The notes beneath the pieces were generated by a model. The model saw nothing but the letters and a program-made list of their open reading frames with translations, was not told the origin of the DNA and did no database searches. The translations under genes and the position numbers were made by a program. 64,000 bases of DNA from a virus. Where the stretch lies: positions 1 to 64,000 of IMG/VR virus record IMGVR_UViG_3300046777_001575; one strand, given 5' to 3'. The first letter of the stretch is position 1. Every line of letters begins with the position of its first letter. Of this stretch, positions 42,178 to 51,638 are shown piece after piece.

Positions 42178-44208
42178 CTATCCAATCTTTATTTCGCAAT
42201 AATCAGTAGTGCAGTAAGCCTCACCTTGTGCTTCTAGATTATCTACTCCGTCGTAAATAGCACTAAAGTCAATATGCTTCAGTTTACCAATATAGGACTC
42301 ATACTCTTCTTCAGTAATTTGAGTGTATGGCTGTTGTGGATAAACAGTATTTCCCATTGGCAGAAATGAGACTGCCTTTAATTGTCCCTCGTACATATGC
42401 AGTGCTGGGACAACATGCTTTGACTCTGTTTCCTTATCAAATGAAAGTGTTACAGAAACACCATTATCAGACCAGTACTTCTGAGCAGTTGCAGCAAGTG
42501 CGATCTTTTCAAATAGGGTTACATCCTTTTCAGATCTTGGGTGACCTGACTTGATTGGGAAGTATACGACTGATGTGTTTGCTGATACTACGTCATCTTC
42601 GATTGTGTACCCTGCTGCTTTGAACAAGTGCATCATTGGATCTGTGTTTCCAAATCGAACTGCACGAAGGAAGAAGTTTCCTCCAGGTCCCCAGTGAACT
42701 CCAGGAGTTGCGCCAGAAAGAATTGAAACTGATCCTGATGGCTTAACTGTTGTTACACGAATTGATTCACGAACACAAAGCCATTCTGAATATGAGTGAT
42801 CATATTTACGAATTGTTGTGTATCCTTCGTCCATCCATTCACGAACCGTTGGCAAACCTTTTTGATCAGCAAATGATGCAATGCCAGTAAGTGATGTACC
42901 AATACGACGATTGCGCTGCATGATGCCATTAGTCTGTTGCCAGTGTGTTGGAACGAGTGTTACAGTCTTTCCATAAAGATATGCAAACTTCAGGGTACGC
43001 AGGAAGTCCTCCTTGGATTCATGACGATTCAGGTGCACTTCTACAAGTGTACACAATTCGTATGATTCCAATGGCTGCTCCGCACATGGGTTAAATCCCA
43101 TCACACGATAATCTTTACCGTCTGGCGCATCCTTTAGTCGTCCATAATTACGAGCAACATCAAGCCAGATAAAACCTGGTTCTCCATTTTCTGTAATCAA
43201 ATCTACATAGTCTTCATACTTAGTCCCCACCTCTGCTGAGATAGAGTTATTAGACATCCAAGCCCAACCTGGATTTTCTGGGTCAAAAGAATTGCGCTCT
43301 GGAAACACTTCTGCATTCTTAAGATTCATGAATGCTTGGTCACCTTCATTTCCTAAAGCAAGGGTTGCAGAACGACGAACATTGCCAGATACTACACAGG
43401 TACCAATTAGGTTTACTAGGTCTACAATGGCACGAGAATCTAGTGTTTCACCTGCTCTGGAGCCGATTACACGGTCTATCTGATCATGCAACTTAATAAG
43501 AGGTGCAGGTCCCGATGCAACGCCACCAAAACCTTTAATTGGTGCTCCAAGAGGTCTAATTAAGTCATAATTAAACTTTTGAATACTTTGATTTGGTCTT
43601 AGGTAAGAGTTAATTAAAAGTCGTACCGACTCCACCCAACCCTCACGAGTGTCTGGAATTTCAAAGATCTCTTCTGGCTCCGTCGGTGTATAGATTGCAA
43701 AATTCTTATCCTGTCCAACAGTGTCAAAGCCTACACCAATGCCAAGCATTAATGCATCCATCACCCAAGCAAATAAGGCTCCTGGATCATTTTTATCAAG
43801 ATCTTTTGTTGAAACCATTGCACAATTTTGTAGTGCTGCTGAGTTCTTCTTTTCCATAGTCATAGGAGTTCCAAATGCCCACATGCCACGACCTGGTGGT
43901 GTCCACTTTAACTCAAACATTCTCTGGAATGCTTCCTGTGCTGACTTCTGAGCCTTATAGTCATTCCATGGCAAACGATTTTCCTTAGCATGATTCTTCT
44001 GTACGGAATACATACCCTCGATTACACGACGACAAACTTCGTGCCATCTTTCCTTAGTTCCATCTTCCTTCATTCGAGAATATGTACGAATAAAAGTAAT
44101 CTCTCCAAGTGAATTTTCTGCTGCATCTTTGAATCCAAATGGGCTTTCTGCATTCTTGTACTTTTCTACAAAATCCTCTGGAAGTTTAAAACTAAAAAAA
44201 TCTGACAT
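42178..44208 (-). CDS. nrdJ: Class II (AdoCbl-dependent) ribonucleotide reductase, RTPR-like
   Basis: TFIRTYSR, PPGRGMW, LQNCA, VVSGNVRRSA, GFNPCAEQPLESYELCTL, TTVKPSGSVS, C-terminal CTTDYC. Confidence 0.93.
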   Translation of the reverse strand: MSDFFSFKLPEDFVEKYKNAESPFGFKDAAENSLGEITFIRTYSRMKEDGTKERWHEVCRRVIEGMYSVQKNHAKENRLPWNDYKAQKSAQEAFQRMFELKWTPPGRGMWAFGTPMTMEKKNSAALQNCAMVSTKDLDKNDPGALFAWVMDALMLGIGVGFDTVGQDKNFAIYTPTEPEEIFEIPDTREGWVESVRLLINSYLRPNQSIQKFNYDLIRPLGAPIKGFGGVASGPAPLIKLHDQIDRVIGSRAGETLDSRAIVDLVNLIGTCVVSGNVRRSATLALGNEGDQAFMNLKNAEVFPERNSFDPENPGWAWMSNNSISAEVGTKYEDYVDLITENGEPGFIWLDVARNYGRLKDAPDGKDYRVMGFNPCAEQPLESYELCTLVEVHLNRHESKEDFLRTLKFAYLYGKTVTLVPTHWQQTNGIMQRNRRIGTSLTGIASFADQKGLPTVREWMDEGYTTIRKYDHSYSEWLCVRESIRVTTVKPSGSVSILSGATPGVHWGPGGNFFLRAVRFGNTDPMMHLFKAAGYTIEDDVVSANTSVVYFPIKSGHPRSEKDVTLFEKIALAATAQKYWSDNGVSVTLSFDKETESKHVVPALHMYEGQLKAVSFLPMGNTVYPQQPYTQITEEEYESYIGKLKHIDFSAIYDGVDNLEAQGEAYCTTDYCEIKIG

Positions 44209-44297
44209 GTGTTTCGTCCTTTCTAAAACGGAATAGAGTTAATTATAGCAGAGTTTTATTAAAAGTAAAACTCTACCTAAATGTATTGTTGAGAGTT

Positions 44298-45011
44298 TTA
44301 TTTAAAAGTTTTCTTTTGCCAAAACTTAAGTCTATAACCATTTTGAAAAGTAGATCTAACCTTATTACTTTGTTCTTCTACTTTTTTTGTTGAGAAGTTT
44401 TTGTCTAATTCCATGACCCAATCTTCTCTTTTAAATGGAAAAATTTGAGACATTGGCGTTCCCTGCTTTATGGTTCCTTTAAAATTCTTTTTTATTAAAA
44501 AAGAAAGATGTCCATCAGTAAAATAGTTATCAGTATCAACTACAGCATCTATAGCCTTTAGTGGTGATGGTGGTTGGTGCATTGGGCTTGTAAAAAATGT
44601 GCTATATCCAGCACTAGTTTGTACCATCCAAGTAGGATGAATTCTTAAAATTTTATTGCAATAGATATCGCTATCTATCGGCAAATGAGATACCTGTTCT
44701 TGTGAATGTTCACTTATTAATAAGGAGTAATACTTGTTCATGGCAGCAGGAAGTTGAATGTTAACATTTCCATCAGTTGTGTCTATATATATATCACATG
44801 GTACCTTTAGAAGATATCCCATTGCCATTGCATCAAAAAACGCTTGACATTTTTTTACTGTTAACCTCATGACACCCTTGTCAGGAACATCGCTACCTGA
44901 AATTGCAGGTTGCTCTTTATACCAAGTCGGAATATTTTTAGTTGCCTGCTCTGGTTCTGGAACAATATTAACTAATTGAGGATACATTTGAAGAAATCTA
45001 ACAGTGTTCAT
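44298..45011 (-). CDS. Phage protein of unknown function (beta-barrel, possibly a tailoring enzyme)
   Basis: IPTWYK, TVKKCQAFFDAMAMGY, WMVQTSAGYSTFF..P, VVDTD, IKQGTPMSQIFPFKRE; has its own TGATATAAT promoter. Confidence 0.5.
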   Translation of the reverse strand: MNTVRFLQMYPQLVNIVPEPEQATKNIPTWYKEQPAISGSDVPDKGVMRLTVKKCQAFFDAMAMGYLLKVPCDIYIDTTDGNVNIQLPAAMNKYYSLLISEHSQEQVSHLPIDSDIYCNKILRIHPTWMVQTSAGYSTFFTSPMHQPPSPLKAIDAVVDTDNYFTDGHLSFLIKKNFKGTIKQGTPMSQIFPFKREDWVMELDKNFSTKKVEEQSNKVRSTFQNGYRLKFWQKKTFK

Positions 45012-45043
45012 ACAAGCCTTTCTTTTATATTAATTATATCATA

Positions 45044-45457
45044 TTAAAGGGTTTGCCACAATGTTAGATCCTGTAATCCTAAAAGATAACTTGGAGCAAC
45101 ATAGAAATACAATAACTCCTCATCATCCTTTACAAATGTTGAGTTGTCTACTCCTTCGGACATTATTAAAATATTTTTAGAATTTGGCTCAACTACAACA
45201 AACTGGTCTTTAATATAAATATTTTCAATAATAGTATTTTTTTTATTTGTATATATTTTACCATAAAAAGACAAACTTTTATTAAATCCAGAAGTAAATT
45301 TTACTCCATTATGCTTATATAATATTTTTTCATTAGAAAACAAAACTTTATAGTCTTGTTTTTCATAATTTATATTATTTTCTTTACACATTTTTTTTAC
45401 TAGTTTATTAATAGATAATTCTACGCTAGTCTCTATATTATCAACAATGTATTTCAT
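45044..45457 (-). CDS. Hypothetical protein (very AT-rich)
   Basis: ATGA-coupled to the GNAT gene. Confidence 0.5.
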   Translation of the reverse strand: MKYIVDNIETSVELSINKLVKKMCKENNINYEKQDYKVLFSNEKILYKHNGVKFTSGFNKSLSFYGKIYTNKKNTIIENIYIKDQFVVVEPNSKNILIMSEGVDNSTFVKDDEELLYFYVAPSYLLGLQDLTLWQTL

Positions 45458-45963
45458 CTTCTTGAAACCATTCTACCAAAAAAAATATATGGATATATTG
45501 GTTGATCAAATAACTCTTCTCTTAAATCCAATGCTTCTTCTACTGGGGTATCTTTAATACGATCAGTATTTAAAGCAGCAGAAAACAATCTGTTTCCACT
45601 TTCTGGACCATAGTCGTGTTTTAAATTTTTGTTAAATAAAAAATATAGTAATTTTGCACCGTAAGCCAATGCTGCCTTACCTACACCATTATTCCTATAT
45701 ATTGGCGATACATACATTCTGTCTGTAAAAACATCTCCAGAATCATCATGTTTTTTCCATGTTGCGTATACTCCTGGGTAATCATTTAAAATATAGTCTC
45801 CAACATAAACAGACCCGCTTGGATATTTGTCATTAAAGTATACTATTGCTATTCCATCTATAGGGATTTTTCCTTCAAAGAATACATAGTGTACCCATCC
45901 ACCTTCAAGTTCTTCTGGGTGCTTAAGTTCTTTAAAACCAGAAGTGTCTATACGCTCAAACAC
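45454..45963 (-). CDS. GNAT-family acyltransferase
   Basis: DRMYVSPIYRNNGVGKAAL matches acetyl-CoA binding motif A; also GNRLF. Confidence 0.7.
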   Translation of the reverse strand: MFERIDTSGFKELKHPEELEGGWVHYVFFEGKIPIDGIAIVYFNDKYPSGSVYVGDYILNDYPGVYATWKKHDDSGDVFTDRMYVSPIYRNNGVGKAALAYGAKLLYFLFNKNLKHDYGPESGNRLFSAALNTDRIKDTPVEEALDLREELFDQPIYPYIFFGRMVSRR

Positions 45964-45978
45964 AGAAAACTATTCTGA

Positions 45979-47220
45979 TCAGTATCCATCATAGACCAAG
46001 AAATGGTCTGTGTAAAACATATCATATGGTTCACAGTTAATAGAGATAACCTCATGTGGAAGGTTTGAAAGGATGAACTCGGTTACTGGGGTCCATGTGT
46101 TAGTATCTGTTGACCATAGTTCGTCTGTTTCTAATACATCTGCAGCCATTATAATTCTGGCAACACCATCTCTTTTTATAAGCATACCGTGATTTGCTGA
46201 ATAAAACTCTCCGTTTAGAGATACGGCTTGCTCTGCTGTACGTGATCCTATATTTACAATTGTTGTTACCTTATCAGGAACCATCTGAAGATCGGATGGA
46301 TTACGGCTCCAATTAGCAACATCTTGTAGTGTAAAGTTAGATCCTAATCCAGGAATTTCTGTAGAAACAAGTTGATCCCCAACCTTAAGAGTTGATGCCT
46401 GTGTATATCCATTTGTAGTTAAAACTAGTGTATACATACTAACAGATTTACCTGCACCGAATGCTCCGAATGCTGAGAAAGCACCGAAAGCACCGAATGC
46501 TCCGAATGCTGAGAAAGCACCAAAGGCACCGAAGGCTCCGAATGCTGAGAAAGCACCAAAGGCTCCGAAGGCACCAAAGGCACCAAAGGCTCCGAAGGCA
46601 CCGAAGGCACCGAAGGCTCCGAAGGCACTAAATACTGTTGTAACTGATCCAGACTGACTAGAAGTTTGTGAATTACCATTTGCATTTGTAGCATATACAT
46701 TATATGTCTGTGCAGTACCTTGCTCTTGACCAACATCTACAGATGTTGAAGATGTATCTCCTGATTTTCCATCGTCAGAACTCCAACGATAATTAGTAAT
46801 AGCCTTACCACCATTTGCTGGGGCTGACCATGAAACGGTATCTACACCTGCTGAAGGAGATGATGCTGATGGAGCACTTGGCGTTGCTGGGACAGTTGTA
46901 ACTAACACAGAAGATGATACTGAAGAATATGGAGATTCTCCACTAGCATTGATGGCCTTAACTGTAAAGGTATAGTTTGTGTTAGATGACAGTCCTTCTA
47001 TACGAACTGGAGAAGAAGAACCTGTTGCAGTATGACCACCACTAGATAGCACTGTATATGATGTTGCTGCGTATACACCTGATGGGGTAAACGCTACATC
47101 TACTGCGCCATTGTCATATGCTCTATTTGTTCCAACATCTGTTACTGATGTTATTGTTGGTGTTCCTGGGGCCAAAAAGTCATTGGCTCCTTGACTCATT
47201 CTGCCTGCTTGCTTTGACAT
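45979..47220 (-). CDS. FN3-FN3-(F[G/S]A)20-Hint domain protein
   Basis: Two FN3 domains (GLSSNTNYTFTVKAINASG; VSWSAPANGG..ITNY...YNVYATNANG), a tripeptide tract, then a Hint domain: SVSMYTLVLTTNG...LKVGD, SANH, VISINCEPYDMFYTDHFLVYD. Confidence 0.8.
   Translation of the reverse strand: MSKQAGRMSQGANDFLAPGTPTITSVTDVGTNRAYDNGAVDVAFTPSGVYAATSYTVLSSGGHTATGSSSPVRIEGLSSNTNYTFTVKAINASGESPYSSVSSSVLVTTVPATPSAPSASSPSAGVDTVSWSAPANGGKAITNYRWSSDDGKSGDTSSTSVDVGQEQGTAQTYNVYATNANGNSQTSSQSGSVTTVFSAFGAFGAFGAFGAFGAFGAFGAFGAFSAFGAFGAFGAFSAFGAFGAFGAFSAFGAFGAGKSVSMYTLVLTTNGYTQASTLKVGDQLVSTEIPGLGSNFTLQDVANWSRNPSDLQMVPDKVTTIVNIGSRTAEQAVSLNGEFYSANHGMLIKRDGVARIIMAADVLETDELWSTDTNTWTPVTEFILSNLPHEVISINCEPYDMFYTDHFLVYDGY
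46453..46632 (-). repeat. 20 x F-(G/S)-A tripeptide repeat (9-bp units with synonymous variation)
   Basis: 180 nt of ttc/ttt-ggt/gga/agt/tca-gcc/gct/gca units on the minus strand. Confidence 0.95.
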
Positions 47221-47243
47221 ATCTTAATCTCCCTTAATTTGTA

Positions 47244-48941
47244 TTATGCTGATAAATCTCCGAAGACTAGCCATCCACCTGGTGTCTTCATTGCTGTTGC
47301 AACTGAATTAGTTGTTCTAAATTTTAATCCAGGGGTTCCAACTACGCCATTGCTAGAACTAAACTGTGCCCCAGTACCAGACTCTTGGTAAAAGTCAATT
47401 GACTGTCCAGTTGAGTATCCTGATGCAGGAAGTGTAATAGTTACGGCTCCTGTTAGTGGGACAAATTTGTCTGCTTCTCCTGCTGCAAGTGTTGCAGATG
47501 ATGAGATTGCTGTTGCAAATGTTGTAATTGAAGGAACTCCAACCTTTGTCTGTGTACCGTCTGAAAACACTATACCAGATGAAGGAGTTACTGTCGTTGC
47601 CTCAAGTGCTCCAACCGCAAGGGCATCAAGTGATCCTTGTGTAAAGTCAACTGTTGTTGCTGGCTCTGTTGTTACATCCTTAAACAACTTCCACTTAGAG
47701 TCAGATACGTCTCTTACGATACCTGCGTGATAGCCAGTCTGACCATCATTGTAGGCAACTACAAGACCAAGGTCAACTGTGTTTGCTGCATTTTGATGAG
47801 CAAGTTGAACCATATTGTCTTCAATCACAATAGATGTTGCTGAGGCATTAAAACTTCCACCATTAACTGTTATATTTCCATCAACAACAAGGTTGCCGTC
47901 AATTTCCATATTTCCAGTAAATGTCTGATTTGCTGCATTTTTGTAAGCCAACTCTGCAGTATTTGTAATGCCATGTACGTTCTCTGTTAGAGATGCGTGG
48001 GTGTTAACAGAAGTATCTACATAACTTGTAGTTGCAACTGTGTTATCTATATCAAATCTATTGTCAACTGAATTCCAATCAATTCCTGTACCAGCAAGAG
48101 TTGATTGGTCTACAGTTGCACCGCTAATAGCGTTTGTCAAATCTGTTTGTGTTACAAGAAGTGATGTATCTGCAATTCCATGGACATTGGTTTCATCTAG
48201 ATTGTGAACTGAGATTTTATCGTCTGCTGCTTGTCCTGCTGCTGTAATTGCTTCAGTTTTTGCTGTATCAATTGCTGATGCTTGTGCTGCAGAAACTGGC
48301 TTATATTCATCTGCTGTGTCGTCTACATTTCCAAGTCCAACCATGGCCTTAGTAATACCAGAAACTGTTCCTGTAAATGTTGGTGACTCAATAGGTGCTT
48401 TAAGACCAAGTGCTGTATTTACATCTGCAGTTAATGCTAGTGCTGATGTATCTGCAATCCCGTGAATATTTTCTGTAAGATTCTTATGAGCCAAAACACT
48501 GTTATCTGCATATTCTTTTGTTGCAATTTCTGCAGTATCTGCAATGCCGTGAACATTTATAGTATTTTGTGTATGAGTTAAAAGTGACTGTCCAAAGTAA
48601 TCTCTTGCTTCTTGAAGAGCCCCTGTAGCAGTAACATTTATAAGATCAACTCTTTGATTTGTTGCGTATAGTGACAAAAAGTCAGGATTGTCACCAAGTG
48701 CTGCTGCTAACTCATTGAGTGTATTTAAAGTTTCTGGGGCTGCATCAATAAGATTATTGATTGCTGTCTCAAGTTCTGCTGCATTAGCAAAATATTGTAG
48801 GGCAGACCATGTGGATGTTCCATTTCCCATCTTAAATTTATTTGTGTCGGTTTCAAAACCGATCTCACCTGCTGCCAAAACTGGATTTGCAGCCGTCCAT
48901 TGGGCTGCAGTACCTCTGCGCTGTTGCATTCTTGTTGCCAT
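47244..48941 (-). CDS. Tail fibre-like protein with Mtd_N/hyaluronidase-like N-terminus
   Basis: MQQRRGTAAQWTAANPVLAAGEIGFETDT; APETLNTLNELAAALGD; four H-x7-HGI(A/T)(D/N)T repeats. Confidence 0.8.
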   Translation of the reverse strand: MATRMQQRRGTAAQWTAANPVLAAGEIGFETDTNKFKMGNGTSTWSALQYFANAAELETAINNLIDAAPETLNTLNELAAALGDNPDFLSLYATNQRVDLINVTATGALQEARDYFGQSLLTHTQNTINVHGIADTAEIATKEYADNSVLAHKNLTENIHGIADTSALALTADVNTALGLKAPIESPTFTGTVSGITKAMVGLGNVDDTADEYKPVSAAQASAIDTAKTEAITAAGQAADDKISVHNLDETNVHGIADTSLLVTQTDLTNAISGATVDQSTLAGTGIDWNSVDNRFDIDNTVATTSYVDTSVNTHASLTENVHGITNTAELAYKNAANQTFTGNMEIDGNLVVDGNITVNGGSFNASATSIVIEDNMVQLAHQNAANTVDLGLVVAYNDGQTGYHAGIVRDVSDSKWKLFKDVTTEPATTVDFTQGSLDALAVGALEATTVTPSSGIVFSDGTQTKVGVPSITTFATAISSSATLAAGEADKFVPLTGAVTITLPASGYSTGQSIDFYQESGTGAQFSSSNGVVGTPGLKFRTTNSVATAMKTPGGWLVFGDLSA

Positions 48942-48997
48942 ATTTTATTTCTCCTTATGGGGTCTGCCCAATTTCTTATCTTATTATAACATCAATT

Positions 48998-49453
48998 TTA
49001 ATTGAAGTTATCTGTTGCACTGCCTCCGTCAAACACAACTGTCCATTCTGTTGTAGAAGGCCCTCCTGCATCTAGTCCTATTCCGAGTGGGCTATTAAAA
49101 GAACCACCTTCATAGAATTGAGACACTATGAATCCAGTTCCGTCAATTGCTGTATCGTGAATATGTTGTGGAAGATTATTTGTATCATCAATAGTTGCTT
49201 GGGTATACCAAACTCCGTTATAATAAAAATTAACCCTATTTGTTGAGGTATCTAGCCACTGTGATCCATTAGTTGGTGAAGAAGGAGCAGTTGTGCCTAC
49301 AGCCATAGACAATGTTAAAGAGTCTACATACTCCTTGGTTGCTGCATGTGAAGCAAGAGTTGGTTCTCCTACTGTTACTGCGCCTCCGAATGTTCCGCCG
49401 TTTGCTACGATCAGTCCATTCTTGACCTTGAAGTCTTTTTCTACTGTTGCCAT
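48998..49453 (-). CDS. Short fibre/virion protein
   Basis: HAATKEYVD, APSSPTNGSQWLDT; N-terminus paralogous to 49493-51139. Confidence 0.65.
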   Translation of the reverse strand: MATVEKDFKVKNGLIVANGGTFGGAVTVGEPTLASHAATKEYVDSLTLSMAVGTTAPSSPTNGSQWLDTSTNRVNFYYNGVWYTQATIDDTNNLPQHIHDTAIDGTGFIVSQFYEGGSFNSPLGIGLDAGGPSTTEWTVVFDGGSATDNFN

Positions 49454-49492
49454 TTACTACTCCTTCTTCCAACTATTTTTATTTTTTAAAAC

Positions 49493-51139
49493 TTAGTCAT
49501 TGTAAGCAAGCAGTGTTGCTGCTACAAGAACTTCTGAATTATTGTTTGCTGTTGTTACGTTTAGGTTATACGCTGATTGTCCATCCCAAACAACAGTTGC
49601 TGTTGCAAGTGGATTTTCTGAGGTATAAATTGTTCCGTACTCAACAACTGCAACATTGTTACTTGCATCTGTTGTTGCAAGAATTTCAGTTACATGAGAG
49701 AAAGATCCACTAATTACACGAACAAGGTACTTTGCGCTGCCCTTATTTGTTGCAAATGAGTGAACTGTTGCTGTTGAAGCAGTTGGAACATTTGTCCAAG
49801 TTGCTTCTTCACGACGAACCCAAGTAATATCAACAGATTCTGGCTGAATGTTTGAGCCAGAGACTGCATCAAGTGCTCTTTGTTCTGTGAAGTAAAGATT
49901 TGTTGTACCTTCAGTTAGGTCATCAGTATCAGAATCTGCAACACCGTTTTCTGCGGTAATTGTAAGACCACCATTACCTGTACCAGTAATTGTGATATTT
50001 GTTAATGTTGCAGTTGTAAGAAGTGCTGCTGCTGAATCCTTAGCACGAGCATCTGTGAAGTATTGACTTGAACCTTCTGCAACATCGTCTGTATCAAGAT
50101 TATCAATACGAGTATTTGTTGCTGAATCAAGTCCAGAAGCATATCCTTCTGCTGCAGTTTGTGCTGCTGATGCTGAACCTGCTGGATCATAGTTTCCTGC
50201 AAGTCCATCAGCATAATCTTCAGCATTTGACTGTGCTGTTGATGCTGCTGTATCTACATAAGCCTTAGTTGCTGCTTCAAGATTATTTACTGGGTCTGCA
50301 TGAAGAACAAGAGCACCAGTCATGGTGTCTCCAGCCTTTGCAACCTTTTCTCCTACTGAGGTAGCAAGGTTTGCTGCAAAGTTAGCGTCATCGCCAATTG
50401 CTGCAGCCAATTCATTGAGTGTGTCAAGAAGTGCTGGTGCAGAATCTACAAGATCTGCAACCTTTTGATCAGCATAAGCCTTTGCATCTGATTCTGCTGT
50501 ATCAGCATATGATTGATATGCTGTGGTAATAGCAGCCTCACGAGTGTCTGTGTATGCTTTAGCAGCATTAGCCTTTGAGGTAGCGTCTGCTGATGCTGTA
50601 GCCTCTGCTGCAGATTGAGCATTTGCTGCTGCACCTGCTGCATCATACCATGTGTCTACTACAAATCTATCAATTCCAACAAAAGATATAGCATTTGGTC
50701 CAGTACCAGGATAAACTTCAAGACCGCTAACTGAACTATCTCCGATTGCTCCATGTGTATTTACAGAAATCTCTCCATTTACAATATCAATACCCAATCC
50801 TTCAGAAAATGCTCCACGAGCACGAGTATCTGTGTAATAAAGGTTGTTTGAACCCTCTGAAAGACTGTCTGTATTATGATTTGAGATGTCAGAAACTGTA
50901 CCTGTTACATCACCAACAAGATCTGCTGTAATTGTGCCTGCAGCAAAGTTGCCTGAGCCATCACGCTTTACGACCTTATCTGCTTCATTTGCTGAGGTGG
51001 CTGTACCACCAATTAAATTGACGACATAATTTTGATCGTCTTGCTTTTTTGTAAGAATATCATAGCCATTAACTGTAGCAGTTGTACCTTCAACGACGAG
51101 ACCACTCTTAATCTTAAAGTCTTTATTTACTGTTGCCAT
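49493..51139 (-). CDS. Tail fibre-like virion protein
   Basis: Three TDxxxEG...Y(Y/F)T repeats, AKAYTD coiled-coil repeats, APALLDTLNELAAAIGD. Confidence 0.75.
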   Translation of the reverse strand: MATVNKDFKIKSGLVVEGTTATVNGYDILTKKQDDQNYVVNLIGGTATSANEADKVVKRDGSGNFAAGTITADLVGDVTGTVSDISNHNTDSLSEGSNNLYYTDTRARGAFSEGLGIDIVNGEISVNTHGAIGDSSVSGLEVYPGTGPNAISFVGIDRFVVDTWYDAAGAAANAQSAAEATASADATSKANAAKAYTDTREAAITTAYQSYADTAESDAKAYADQKVADLVDSAPALLDTLNELAAAIGDDANFAANLATSVGEKVAKAGDTMTGALVLHADPVNNLEAATKAYVDTAASTAQSNAEDYADGLAGNYDPAGSASAAQTAAEGYASGLDSATNTRIDNLDTDDVAEGSSQYFTDARAKDSAAALLTTATLTNITITGTGNGGLTITAENGVADSDTDDLTEGTTNLYFTEQRALDAVSGSNIQPESVDITWVRREEATWTNVPTASTATVHSFATNKGSAKYLVRVISGSFSHVTEILATTDASNNVAVVEYGTIYTSENPLATATVVWDGQSAYNLNVTTANNNSEVLVAATLLAYND

Positions 51140-51158
51140 TTTTTATATCTCCTTTTAT

Positions 51159-51605
51159 TTATGCCTTAAGTCCCATACGTGCAAAACGTACAGTGACTGG
51201 CTTGATCGCAGGATCTGGAGTGACTGTCAAAGCCACGGTATTTCCAGTGCGAGAGACATTAACGGTGCCAATATTCCCATCATTGTCGATTGTTCCATAT
51301 TCGCTGACTGATACATTTGTACCGTCAACGAGAATTGTCATTTCAGTTGCGTAGAACTTATTGTCCCCTGCTGTAGTCTTTGATATTGAAATAATATACT
51401 TGACCATACGCCAAACTGTAGCATCAAAGTTATCAATTACAGTTACGTTCTCAATACCAGTGATTGTATTTTCATTATTTCCTGCTGATCCCAAGTCTGT
51501 TGACTGAGATGACAGGGTGTCAATTAAATCTTCATAGTTTTCTTGAGTAGGTCTATCTCCTGTTTGAAATAGGCTCTTAACTCCTGGAATTGATATCTTT
51601 GCCAT
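51159..51605 (-). CDS. Virion protein paralogous to the C-terminal domain of 49493-51139
   Basis: FQTGDRPTQENYEDLID; KYIISI...TEM...EYGTI. Confidence 0.6.
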   Translation of the reverse strand: MAKISIPGVKSLFQTGDRPTQENYEDLIDTLSSQSTDLGSAGNNENTITGIENVTVIDNFDATVWRMVKYIISISKTTAGDNKFYATEMTILVDGTNVSVSEYGTIDNDGNIGTVNVSRTGNTVALTVTPDPAIKPVTVRFARMGLKA

Positions 51606-51638
51606 ACTGAGATTATAGCATGTATTTTAATAATATAA

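Noticed and set aside
2986-44208. Inteins or introns in DnaE, helicase, RecA or NrdJ
   Set aside because: The ORFs are continuous and of normal or compact length, with no Hint or LAGLIDADG motifs noticed.
44209-44297. Cobalamin riboswitch upstream of nrdJ
   Set aside because: The intergenic space is under 90 nt, AT-rich and has no recognisable B12-box, too short for this riboswitch.
45982-46446. Canonical splicing intein or homing element
   Set aside because: It lacks the terminal His-Asn, a real C-extein and an endonuclease domain, so it is treated as a cleavage/ligation Hint domain.
47244-48941. Diversity-generating retroelement suggested by the Mtd_N-like N-terminus
   Set aside because: No reverse transcriptase and no TR/VR pair differing at adenines is visible in the window. 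Mtd_N is a common fibre anchor.
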